A stretch of 63,299 nucleotides of DNA, counting the filler, from Octopus bimaculoides (lineage: Eukaryota), in assembly GCF_001194135.2 (NCBI RefSeq). It is 8 parts of 8 records of this genome, joined end to end, with 100 filler letters (N's around TTAATTAATTAA, not from the genome) between each part and the next. Parts side by side here need not be neighbours in the genome. Positions count along the whole stretch, not along the records: positions 47,768 to 54,014 come from NC_068987.1; positions 54,115 to 60,894 come from NC_069003.1; positions 60,995 to 63,299 come from NC_068994.1; 5 more parts are not named here. One strand, written 5' to 3'. Below, one piece after another: positions 52,516 to 63,299 of the stretch. Position 1 is the first letter of the stretch. Every line of letters begins with the position of its first letter. The translations under genes were made by a program, and so were the position numbers. Under the pieces are notes generated by a model, which was given only the letters and a program-made list of their open reading frames with translations, was not told the DNA's origin and did not search any database.

Positions 52516-53259
52516 ACATCATAAATTTCATCAATATAAAGTGCGTCAATAAATGTGACAGTACTTTATCACACGACATTTAAATAAAAAGAAATTGCCC
52601 AAGAATTGTACTATTACAATGCCAATCTCAAACGATACAATAATGTGTCTTTCAGTATACATCAAACTTCGAACAATAGAACGCACAATTTATCTATTAA
52701 AGACATACATTTTATGTTACAATAATATTTTGCTCCATTAAAGCAAATCAGGTATTTCCGAGGGCAACGACATGAAATATGGTAACGTATATGCAATTGG
52801 AATGATACTTTGTGGCGGATACCGTGTGGATCTCAGTTATGTTCCAGGTTACGGCTAACCGTATCAATAAGTATTCAACGTCTGTGACTAATACTAATTC
52901 TCACTCTCTATAAATTCTTCCGATGGGTAATTTCATATTCGCTTCCCTAGATGTTAATAGAATCTAGAGTGTATATTATCAAAAATTATAATGATATAGA
53001 ATATGGAGACTTGTTCCTCCTCATTTTATACAGCATATTTTTTTAATGATTATTGCGACTTACATGTGTTTCCACCGCACAAAGTATGTGCACTTTCACA
53101 TGCAACCCGGCATCATTTTCTGTGCAGCTTCTTCAGTGTTTTTCCTACGCCTAGTATAGAAGTGAAACAATATATGAATACAGCTAGTTGTTTGTTAGTT
53201 AGGGTTCATGGGGAGGTAGTGGGAGATTGCTGCGAAACTGAAATCTGATCTATTTGTAC

Positions 53260-53824
53260 GCTTATGCGGTTGACCTCGATTTCACACGCCTTGATGTCAG
53301 ATGTCAGGGTTCTAACCAACTAGGTCCCTGTTCTGGAGGGCATTTTTGTGTATGGTAGTAGTGGAGTATCAGATAACCTTATATTCAAGTACAGTGCTTG
53401 TAATGTAATGTTTTAGTTATTCATATATTCATTGGGGGTGTTGTTTAGTATTATAAAGTGGATAGGATATATGCTAGGATGGTTATGGAGGGCCATGAAC
53501 GCCTTGAATTCAGAATATGTTCCTCTATCCTTCTTTTCACCTTTCCTACATATAACACGTAACAACCTTAAAATATGCTGTATAAAATTGTAAAATAAGA
53601 GGAAATAAATCTTGAGGATGAACAAGTTTCCATATTCTATATCGTAATAATTACTGATATATACACACACACATATATATATATATTATAAATTAACTAC
53701 CAACAAAAATAATTGGTAAGTTAACTTACCATACACAAAAATGCCCTCCAGAACAGGGTCCTAGTTGGTTAGAACCATGACTTCTGACAGCAAGACGTGT
53801 GAAATCGTGGTCAACCGCATAAGC
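53260..53824. repeat. Inverted repeat pair (98-bp arms 53260-53357 and 53727-53824, 369-bp spacer)
   Basis: GCTTATGCGGTTGACC...CCCTGTTCTGGAGGGCATTTTTGTGTATGGTA and its reverse complement, about 7 mismatches. Confidence 0.88.
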
Positions 53825-53974
53825 TTACGATGTAATTTCAAAATTTATAAATTTTGAAAAGCTGCATTCCCTCGCTTTCGGTAAATATGGTGCTTATTTT
53901 TGATAGTTTTTGACTTATTTAGTCCCTCGATAGCGTGAGGCATTAATACACAGTTAATGCCCTTTATATATATT

Positions 53975-54012
<38 letters not shown>

Positions 54013-54186
54013 TANNNNNNNNNNNNNNNNNNNNNNNNNNNNNNNNNNNNNNNNNNNNTTAATTAATTAANNNNNNNNNNNNNNNNNNNNNNNNNNNNNN
54101 NNNNNNNNNNNNNNATATATATATATATATATACATACATACACACACACATATATGTATGTATCTATCTGTCTGTCTATCTATCC

Positions 54187-54236
<50 letters not shown>

Positions 54237-55131
54237 ATCTATATATATATTATCAGGCGATATCAGGTGACAGGGGAGTAATTCATTGGAATATTGCAAT
54301 TTATTAGGTGTAAGCATAATACTAGAATAATAAATATACACCGCAACGCCTATATATATACACCCTGTGCAATACACACACACACACACACGCACACACA
54401 CACACACACACGCACACACGCACACACGCACACACACACACACACGCGCGCATGAGCTTCTCTCTGTGTGTGTATGTGTGTGCATGTGTGAGAGAGGTTT
54501 AAATATGTACATATATATATATCCATCCAATCATACATACAAATTTGCAGACGCTCACACACATGCACATGTATGCATGCACACACACAAAGCACGCACA
54601 TATATATGTATATGGATGCATGTGTGCTTATATACATATACATTCACATATATGATGCCACTCCTGAAGGTTCGCTCAAATTGCACCATGAATGTACTCA
54701 CCCATCTAACCAAAACCATATGTCTACACATACATATATATATTCAACGTCCTTCAGAGTTAATTCACACACACACACACACATTAATTCATAAACACCA
54801 TTTCATTTACAAACGTGGAGAGAAGCAAAAATCTTATACATCTATTAACATTCTGAAGGAGATATTTTTAATTCTTACAACGAGCTAAAAGAATGCACAG
54901 TAAATATGTAACCTCTGATATTATCGTAACTTGGGTCCAGTCTGCAATTTCGAACTGCTGCAGCCGACGCAAGCACTTTAATTTATTACTAAATGTTGAA
55001 ATCTTCAATATACATACCTCGGCAAACATTCAGGAGCACATACATACATAGATACATACATACATACATACATACATACATACAACACGCATGCATGCAT
55101 ATATACATACACATACACAGCTCTTTTAAGA

Positions 55132-55320
55132 TATCGGTTTCAAATTTTGGGACAAGGCCGGTTAGTATAGGGGAGGGTCAAATCCATTAAATCAAGGCCC
55201 GTCCTCAGCTGATACTTATTGTGTCGACCAGGAAAGGATGAAAGGTAAACTCCCCCTCGAAGGAATTTGAACTCCGCGGGTAAAGTTGAACGAAATGTCA
55301 CTATGCTTTTTTGCACAGGT
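55132..55320 (-). mobile_element. Degraded SINE, same family as 14837
   Basis: TACTTATT..GTCGACC..GAAAGGATGAAAGGTAAA...GGAATTTGAACTC is the reverse complement of the family core. Confidence 0.55.
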
Positions 55321-56589
55321 AATCCTAAATAACAAGTGGTGATACGCTCTGAGAAGGGCATTAAAGTACAAATCGATTGCCTTTAGGAAAAAGATAGTGT
55401 TGTAGAGAAATAGATAAGTGGGGATGGTGTTGGCAAAGTAGAACATACGATGAGGAAAGACATCAGAACAAAAGTGCAATCGGTACGATTAGACCACAAC
55501 GATTGGTTAACCACGATTACATTAGACCACAACGATTGGCTAATCACGAAGTAGGGACACTGCATTGTCAGTGCAAAGTCTCCGGTGATAATACTTTCGA
55601 GGTTTGACTCTCTCTAAAACATACTTGAACCGGCCCATCTTTGGTTATTTTCCGTCGGTGTTTTGCCCACCAACTGATATGTTTGTTTTATATTTCTGGC
55701 GGAAAAATTGGGTTATGGGTAAATGATATTTACTGATGCTTGATTAATGAAGAAAGCGTACTGGTCAGATGAGAGATGCTTCTCTTCATATCTGCCGTTC
55801 AAGAGAAGTAATGAGGTCAACATTCATCCACCAGAGCATAACAGACGCCATGAGCCGGTTATGATGTTCTAAAACCTTTTTTGCTTTAAACGAGAATATT
55901 TTCTCAACGACAGATTGCAGTGAAGAAATTGCACTTGTTCAAACACCATTCGTACATATTCAAACTGCGCCTAATATTATACAAACATACATACACACAT
56001 ACATATATACACACATACATACATGCATACATACACATATATGTGTGTGGGTGTGTATGTATATATATTTATATGTAGATATATGCGTGTGTATAAATGT
56101 GTGTCTATATGTATGCATGTATATATATGTAGTAAATAAACATACGAATATACACTAGATATACAGACGATCAAAAAGCACAGAAGGTCACCGACTCCGC
56201 TTCAGTTATTGGCCAGAGGGTCAAGCGCAATTTCGCCCCCCCCCCGATATATATATATATATATATATATATATCAACGTACCAGTCTATAATTCCAAGT
56301 ACCTCTCTATAGAAAATACATACTTATAATTAGCATGTAATGCAGAGAATTTACACACACACGCAGGCACACACACACACACGTATACACACATTCACAT
56401 ATGCACATACACACACACATGCACACAGACGCACACACAGAGTCTGTCACACATACTTTCTTGTGTGTGTATTCTGGTTTTGATGTCTAAGAGCTAACAG
56501 AAACAGCAATAAAAAAAAAACTGCACATAGCACCATCACCATCATCACCATCTACATCCACTTCATCACCACCCTCGTCATCATCATCG

Positions 56590-56631
<42 letters not shown>

Positions 56632-56781
56632 ACAACAGCAACAAGCTTAACATGTTGTTTGAGCCATTGTCTTCTCAGTATAATAATATTCACCTCCATT
56701 AACACGGCTGTTTGCTTGCAACAGCGACTTCAACGCCTCACTGAATACGCTGCTCTTAATAAATGTACGCTTCACACTTTC

Positions 56782-56814
<33 letters not shown>

Positions 56815-56978
56815 NNNNNNNNNNNNNNNNNNNNNNNNNNNNNNNNNNNNNNNNNNNNNNNNNNNNNNNNNNNNNNNNNNNNNNNNNNNNNNNNNNNNNN
56901 NNATATATATATATATACAAAGATGTGAGGATGAATTCCGATGTGCTGACGTAGTCAAAGCACCTGATGTATTCTTAC

Positions 56979-57033
56979 CTGCTGGCCAGGGCTTTGGAAC
57001 TCCTTTCTAGTTCCCCATGTCATGTTATCGCCT
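56979..57033 (-). CDS. Candidate exon GDNMTWGTRKEFQSPGQQ (phase 2 to 0)
   Basis: Strong donor CAG|GTAAGA at 56979; acceptor ACACTGTAG|A at 57033; open only in the phase-2 frame; exit phase fits the downstream phase-0 exons. Confidence 0.4.
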
Positions 57034-57050
57034 CTACAGTGTCTACAAGT

Positions 57051-57436
57051 GGAGGCGCAATGGCCCAGTTGTTACGGCAGCGGACTCGCGGCCATAGGAT
57101 CGCGGTTTCGATTCCCAGACCGGGCGTTGTGAGTGTTTATTGAGCGAAAAAACACATGAAGCTCCACGAGACACCAGCAGGGGATGCTGGCGAACCCTGC
57201 TGTACTCCTCCACCACAACTTTCTCTCACTCTTACTTCCTGTTTCTGTTGTGCCTATAATTCAAAGGGTCAGCGTTGTCACACTGTCACGCTGAATATCC
57301 CCCGAGAACTACGTTAAGGGTACACGTGTCTGTGGAGTGCTCAGCCACTTGCACATTAATTTCACGAGCAGGCTGTTCCGTTGAACGGATCAACTGGAAC
57401 CCTCGACGTCGTAAGCGACCGAGTGCCAACAACAAC
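57051..57436 (+). mobile_element. Full-length tRNA(Arg)-like SINE with (AAC)n tail and 13-bp TSD
   Basis: Head GGAGGCGCAATGGCCCAGTTGTTA...GGACTCGCGG...GGTTTCGATTCCC (A/B boxes, TCG at the anticodon position); TSD ACAGTGTCTA(C/T)AA at 57036-57048 and 57435-57447. Resembles the octopus OR-type SINEs (from memory). Confidence 0.85.
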
Positions 57437-57489
57437 AGTGTCTATAAAGGATTCCACAGCAGTCAAGGATTCAGTATTTTGAGACATAC

Positions 57490-57638
57490 CCAGCGCGAAT
57501 CGTTATGATGCAGGCAACTCTTTTACGGTATTCGGACGGGTTCCTCTTCTCTATGTCATCTAATTTTTTTCTCAACTGCTTCTCTAATGTTCAGGCTCTC
57601 CAGCGCTGTTGACTTTTCCACAATATATGAAGCCATTC
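57490..57638 (-). CDS. Candidate exon (G)MASYIVEKSTALESLNIREAVEKK/LDDIEKRNPSEYRKRVACIITIRAG, broken by a 1-bp frameshift in an A7 run
   Basis: Strong acceptor (T-run)CAG|GA at 57638 and donor GG|GTATGT at 57490. As assembled (149 bp) all three frames hit a stop. Removing one A from the A7 run (57570-57564) opens 49 codons, phase 1 to 2, matching the next candidate exon. Confidence 0.4.
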
Positions 57639-58067
57639 CTGAAAAAAAGGGAGACATTAATGAGCGTCAAAATTATCCCGAACTCCCTGTATATATATAT
57701 GGGTATATATATGTTTCTTATTTATAATCAGCACAGTCAGCTCGTCATTCCGCCGAAAATTCATATGCATGTATGTATGTATGTATGTATGTATGTATGT
57801 ATGTATGTATGTGTGTATGTATGTCTGAGTACCTAACTGTTTGCCTGTCTGTCTATCTGTCTTTCTATATCTATCAATCTGTCAATTTATGTGCATGTGT
57901 CTGTGTTTCAGTACGCAAGTGTGTGTGTATATGTGTGTGTGTGTGTGCATGTGTGTTTTCGGGTGGGGGCGTGGGTGCATAACGGCGAGTGACGAAGTAT
58001 ATGTGTGTGATTGTGGCGGGGAATTTGTCTGTTCTTGCGTTCGGAGGGTGTTTACATATGAAGATCA

Positions 58068-58068
58068 A

Positions 58069-58102
<34 letters not shown>

Positions 58103-58250
58103 GTCGTGGCCGTCGTCATTGTTATTAACTTCCTCATCATCATCATCATCGTCGTCGTCATCATTATTAATTTCATCATCATCATCATTACCATCATCAT
58201 CATCATCCTCATCGTCGTCGTCGTCGTTTTCGTCCTCGTCTTCATCATCG
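58068..58250. repeat. (CAT/CGT)n compound microsatellite; similar tracts at 25365-25560, 41164-41225 and 56530-56630
   Basis: Directly visible. Confidence 0.9.
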
Positions 58251-60029
58251 CAATTAGTCGCAACGACCTACGGACAATTTTTTTCCCCCAACATATTTTT
58301 AGCCGCAATCGTAGCAACGTCAATGAAGCGGAACTATTTCGCGGATGATTAAACACAGAAGAAAGACACTGAAAAGGATGAAAGGGAAGAATGAGAAATA
58401 TGAAGAAAAAGGTAATAGGAAANNNNNNNNNNNNNNNNNNNNNNNNNNNNNNNNNNNNNNNNNNNNNNNNNNNNNNNNNNNNNNNNNNNNNNNNNNNNNN
58501 NNNNNNNNNNNNNNNNNNNNNNNNNNNNNNNNNNNNNNNNNNNNNNNNNNNNNNNNNNNNNNNNNNNNNNNNNNNNNNNNNNNNNNNNNNNNNNNNNNNN
58601 NNNNNNNNNNNNNNNNNNNNNNNNNNNNNNNNNNNNNNNNNNNNNNNNNNNNNNNNNNNNNNNNNNNNNNNNNNNNNNNNNNNNNNNNNNNNNNNNNNNN
58701 NNNNNNNNNNNNNNNNNNNNNNNNNNNNNNNNNNNNNNNNNNNNNNNNNNNNNNNNNNNNNNNNNNNNNNNNNNNNNNNNNNNNNNNNNNNNNNNNNNNN
58801 NNNNNNNNNNNNNNNNNNNNNNNNNNNNNNNNNNNNNNNNNNNNNNNNNNNNNNNNNNNNNNNNNNNNNNNNNNNNNNNNNNNNNNNNNNNNNNNNNNNN
58901 NNNNNNNNNNNNNNNNNNNNNNNNNNNNNNNNNNNNNNNNNNNNNNNNNNNNNNNNNNNNNNNNNNNNNNNNNNATATATAGGTATGTATATATATGTTT
59001 GTGTGTGTGTGACATAGATAAAGACATGGATACATAGAAAAATATATGTATATGCGCACACACAAACGCACAAACACACACACGCGAACGAATATTTTCT
59101 CCTCCATTTTTCTCTGTCCGCCTATCAAAAGTGTTGACTAAGCGCGGACGTGCCAATACGAAAGCGATTTGGTGAATGGCCGTGGTGTTGTTTTCATGGT
59201 TTAGTTAAATGGGTCATTTAGAAGATTTTTATTGTCCATTCGGTAGCATCTGCAGTTTGGTGTTAGTTGATCTCTGTGGTTGTTATAAGACAATGAAAGC
59301 GAACAGGTTGCCGGACTTCGGTGTGAAACAGAAGTTCTTCGATAATGTAAATTTTAATGACTGACTGCCAGATCTGCTGATTAATGGACTGTGTTTTCGG
59401 ACTGGAACAGCATCGATCTGCTGCTTATTTCCGACAGCTTGATCAACTGATTGCTATCTTACGCTCTCAGATTAAACAACAACGATGTCACGTCTATTAT
59501 TGACAGCTGCGTGAACTAAGTAGAGACTGGACTGAGAGAGAGAGAGAGAGAGAGCCATATAGATCTGGTTACCTATTAATGACAGGTAGCAGGGGAAATG
59601 ATTGGTGGAATCGCTTTGCTATCTGTTCCTGACAGTCAGGTGATGTGATGGCTGAACTTTGGTTTGACATGGAAACACATAGATCTCAGAATTATTTCTC
59701 ACAATTAGAATGAGGGATTACCCCAATATATAATGTTCTTCAAGAAATTACAAGGCTGCAGCTTGAATCGAATATCACGAACTCTGCTGAGTCTTATTTA
59801 TTTTACTTCAATATTTTGCTCTAAATCTGTTTTTTTGAGTACTGCATGACGTTGTTAATCATATATCAAACATTACGTTTCAATTCTTTATATATATANN
59901 NNNNNNNNATATGTACTAACTTGGGTTTAGATGCGTGGCTTTGAATTAAATAATAATATAAAGGAAACATACACACACACACACACCCACACACATATGT
60001 GCACATATGGGAAAATCACGTTCATATTT

Positions 60030-60170
60030 GTCTCTTCTTTTTTTGTCGGATTAATCGACCCCAGTACAAACATTTGGTTAAGCCCGGTACTTATTCTATC
60101 GGTCCTTTTTATCGACGAGCTGCTAACACCGACATTAAGACACATAAACACACACACACACACACACACA
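60030..60170 (-). mobile_element. SINE 3' fragment
   Basis: TCGACCCCAG...GCCCGGTACTTATTCTATCGGTC matches the reverse complement of the 62353-type 3' core. Confidence 0.5.
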
Positions 60171-60199
60171 CAAGCGTATACATATATATATATATATTT

Positions 60200-60894
60200 C
60201 AGCCGTGTAGATGAAGATCGAACAGGACGTCCAGTTGAGTTTGATGATAGGCTCCTTTAGCCATTACTTGAAGAAAGTCCTGCATTATCAGTTGAAGAAT
60301 TAACAATAAAGCATAGTTTAAACCATACGAGTGTTCATCGTCATCTTCAACAACTTGGAAAGGTTCCTAAACTTGGAAAATGGATGCCTCATGAATTGTC
60401 CAAAAGTAACCGCAAATCCCGAGTTGACATTTGCTCCTCTCTCCATTCTCGCAAACTCATTTCACCCGTTTTCGATAGACTTGTGACTGGTGACGAAAAA
60501 TGGATCTTCTATCGAAATGTTAAACATCGTAAACAGTGGCTTCGTAAAAGGGAAAAAGCTCAACCACAACCGAGAAGGGAACTTCATGGGAAAAAGGTTC
60601 TTCTCTCTATTTGGTGGGATTGCAAAGGAGTAATTCACTTTGAATTGTTACCACCTAATGCCACAATCAATGCTCAAGTCTACTGTCAGCAGTTAGAGCG
60701 TTTGAACCAAGTTTTGAAGAAAAAACGACCCGCTTTAGTGAATCGAAAAGGAGTGATGATTCATCAGGACAATGCGCGACCCCACCCTGCAAAGATCACA
60801 TCACAGAAGATCGAAGAGCTTGGTTGGGAAACAAATTCCTCATCCACCTTATTCTCCCGACTTTGCTCCTTCAGACTACCATTTGTTTCGTAGT
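60200..60894 (+). mobile_element. Mariner (Tc1/mariner, DD34D) transposase pseudogene fragment
   Basis: RTGRPVEFD, KWMPHEL, LVTGDEKWI, KVLLSIWWD, HQDNARPH, frameshifted HPPYSPDFAPSDYHLF; in-frame stop at 60258-60260; truncated by a gap. Confidence 0.93.
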
Positions 60895-60994
60895 NNNNNN
60901 NNNNNNNNNNNNNNNNNNNNNNNNNNNNNNNNNNNNNNTTAATTAATTAANNNNNNNNNNNNNNNNNNNNNNNNNNNNNNNNNNNNNNNNNNNN

Positions 60995-61290
60995 GGAAAT
61001 AGAGATAACTCGAATGTGGAGTCTAAAAACAGAAACAATTCCTATCATAGTAGGTGCCTTAGGTATAATTAAAAAATACTCAGACAAATACATAACAAAA
61101 ATACCAGGACTTACAAATATATGTAACATACAGAAAATTGCACTACTGGGTACTGCACACATTCTACGCAAAACACTTTCAATACAGTAAACATAAAAGC
61201 ACCACAGCAAACCACAGCACATACCCAAGGCGCACAGAGCTGCGCTCGGTAGTGAAGTGAAAGCACGTTATAAAAATAAAACTACTGAAC

Positions 61291-61361
<71 letters not shown>
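60995..61361 (+). mobile_element. R4/Dong-type LINE 3' end with (AAT)n tail
   Basis: EIEITRMWSLKTETIPIIVGALG...IQKIALLGTAHILRKTLSIQ-stop, short 3' UTR, then (AAT)n at ~61290-61361. Confidence 0.85.
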
Positions 61362-61362
<1 letters not shown>

Positions 61363-62270
61363 TTGTCTCCCTACAATGTACAAAGCCTTTACTGCAATAA
61401 TATCGCAGAGAATGAGCAAACATCTTGAAGAAAGCAACCTGTTTCCAGAAGAGCAGAAGGGATGTTGTAAAGGCTCATACGGCTGTAAAGATCAGCTACT
61501 GATCAATGAAGTCATAACTGAAGATAACCACAGAAAGAAGAAGGATCTAAGTATGGCCTGGATTGATTACCGAAAGGCTTTTCATAGTATTCTCCACACA
61601 TGGATCCTAGGAACACGAGCCATGAACAAGGTAGCAACAATAATCATAAAATATATAAAACATTCCATGAATAAATGGCAGACAGCGCTACAGCCCCAGA
61701 CAAATGAAGCACTCATAAAAACCAAAGACATCCCCATTAGAAGAGGAATGTTCCAGGGTGATGATCTATGTAGATGATCTAAAACTGTATGCTACAAGTG
61801 ATAAACAACTGGAAGCATTACTACAGACAGTACACGGATTTACTAAAGAAATAAACATGAAATTTGGCTTTAAAAAATGTGCAAAAGCGGACAACTAGTT
61901 AAGTGTAGCAACATTACACTAGATAAAGCAAATGAAATAAGAGAATTAGACCAAAGCCAGACAGACAAATACTTAGGAATCAACGAACTAGATACGATAC
62001 AATACACACAAACGAAAGAGAAGATAAAAAATGAATACTACAGACGAATTAAATTAATACTGAAAACAGAGCTCAATGCGAAAAGCAAGATATTTGGTAT
62101 CGACACTCTAGCCGTCTCAGTTATAAATTACAGCTACAATATTCTTAACTGGACTCTAAATGAACTAATCAAAATAGACAGGAAAACAAGAAAAATAACG
62201 ACAGGATTTAGGATGCACCACACAAAATCTGACACAAAAAAGGTATATATACAACGTATGGAAGGTGCTC
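61362..62270 (+). mobile_element. R4/Dong-type LINE RT fragment with an internal deletion
   Basis: EEQKGC, CKDQLLIN, MAWIDYRKAF, IRRGMFQGD fused directly to a frameshifted YVDDLKLYA (region between RT motifs missing), then KYLGINE, KEKIKNEYYRRIKLILKTELN, IDRKTRK. Confidence 0.85.
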
Positions 62271-62352
62271 AAGCAACTCAGAGACTCAATAGCCGAGAGT
62301 CTCGTATGCTGGGACTTATCAAATATTGATAAAATATACATATGCAAATATA

Positions 62353-62768
62353 GGCGCAGGAGTGGTTTTGTGGTAAGAAGCTTCCTTCTCAACCACATGG
62401 TTTTGAGTTCAGTCCCACTGCGTGGCACCTTGGACAAGTGTTTTCTACTATTGCCTCGGGTCAATCAAAGCCCTATGGATGGATTTGGTAGACGGAAACT
62501 GAAAGAAGCCCGTCATATACATATATATATATGTATATATTTATGTGTGTGTGTATGTCTGTCTCTGTCTGTGTCTGTCCCTCCATCATCACTTGACAAC
62601 CGATATTGGTCTGTTTATGTCCCCGTAACATAGCGGTTCGGCAAAAGAGTCCGATAGAATAATTGCTAGGCTTACAAAGAATAAGTCCTGAGGTCGATAT
62701 GTTCGACTAAAGGCGGTGCTCCAGCATGGCTGCAGTCAAATGACTGACACAAGTAAAAGAATAAAAGA
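62353..62768 (+). mobile_element. Full-length tRNA-derived SINE (internal microsatellite, CORE-like GGCACCTTGG.CAAGTG block, AAAAGA(A/G)T tail)
   Basis: GGCGCAGGAGTGG...TGGTAAG (A box), GAGTTCAGTCCC (B box), GGCGGTGCTCCAGCATGG, tail GTAAAAGAATAAAAG. Confidence 0.85.
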
Positions 62769-63299
62769 AAACCCATATTTTGATTTCTATTTTTCCTGTT
62801 GTAATGTAGGGAAATTCAGTTGCCATTTCAGGCAGATCAAACTGCTACACAGAAATTACGTTAATTAAATATAATGCATTGTTTGAAGACGTGATGTGAA
62901 TGTTTGGTGATGTGTGGGCTAAATATGGTATGATGCAATTTGACATGGTCTGGCGTTGTGAGGTGAGGAGTGACTGATAGCTACTGATTCTATATAAGGG
63001 TTAATCCACGTGTTTACGTTAGGTTTTCAAGGCGAGCTGTTCACATCCGAAAAAACTCACAGACTACATATTGATCGGATCAAATTCAGTCGCCATATTG
63101 TATTTTGTCTTAACATCTTCGCTTGTCTAAATTTAAGTCTACGTATTTTTCCCCTCTTTTTTTTCATTTCGTTTTTCCTTTTCTCTATCTCCTTCTGAAA
63201 ATCTCCACCTCTTCTTACTTTCTTCATCATTTTCTCTTTCTTTTTATCAATTGAAATAAAAGAAAAGGCCCAGGACCTCATGAATATATATATGATATA

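Noticed and set aside
55490-55550. Short tandem duplications (33 bp at 55490-55550; 16-17 bp at ~7250-7310 and ~30760-30800) as a CRISPR-like array
   Set aside because: Only 2-4 adjacent copies with no spacers, in a eukaryotic context; these are slippage duplications.
57051-57123. tRNA-Arg-like sequence as a tRNA gene
   Set aside because: It continues into a ~300-bp body with an (AAC)n tail and TSDs, so it is a SINE head rather than a functional tRNA.

Overview
AT-rich, gap-ridden eukaryotic scaffold, not prokaryotic: no operons, rRNA or CRISPR seen. The repeat families resemble those of a coleoid cephalopod, most likely Octopus (inference from recognised SINE/LINE sequences, not from a database search). 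Most of the window is intronic or intergenic DNA packed with microsatellites, tRNA-derived SINEs, decayed LINEs (RTE, CR1/L2-like, R4/Dong-like), Penelope-like elements, a mariner remnant and a piggyBac-type TTAA MITE. The one unambiguous host coding feature is a 2,464-bp Ser/Asn-rich minus-strand exon (43831-41368) with canonical splice sites at both ends. Manual splice-site reading gives a phase-consistent chain of small minus-strand exons (57638-57490, 57033-56979, 44222-44175, 16832-16797, 10353-10187, 1862-1804) that could form one unidentified gene spanning the whole window. That model includes a cassette exon that would swap a PDZ-type -TLV C-terminus for a Ser/Arg-rich tail, and an upstream exon broken by a 1-bp A7 frameshift. 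Its introns hold four inverted-repeat pairs plus a fold-back microsatellite (candidate ADAR substrates) and a Penelope GIY-YIG ORF left open despite a roughly 125-aa low-complexity insertion between its GIY and YIG motifs. Seven NNN-TTAATTAATTAA-NNN blocks are assembly linkers, and most long ORFs in the supplied track are microsatellite or N-gap artefacts.
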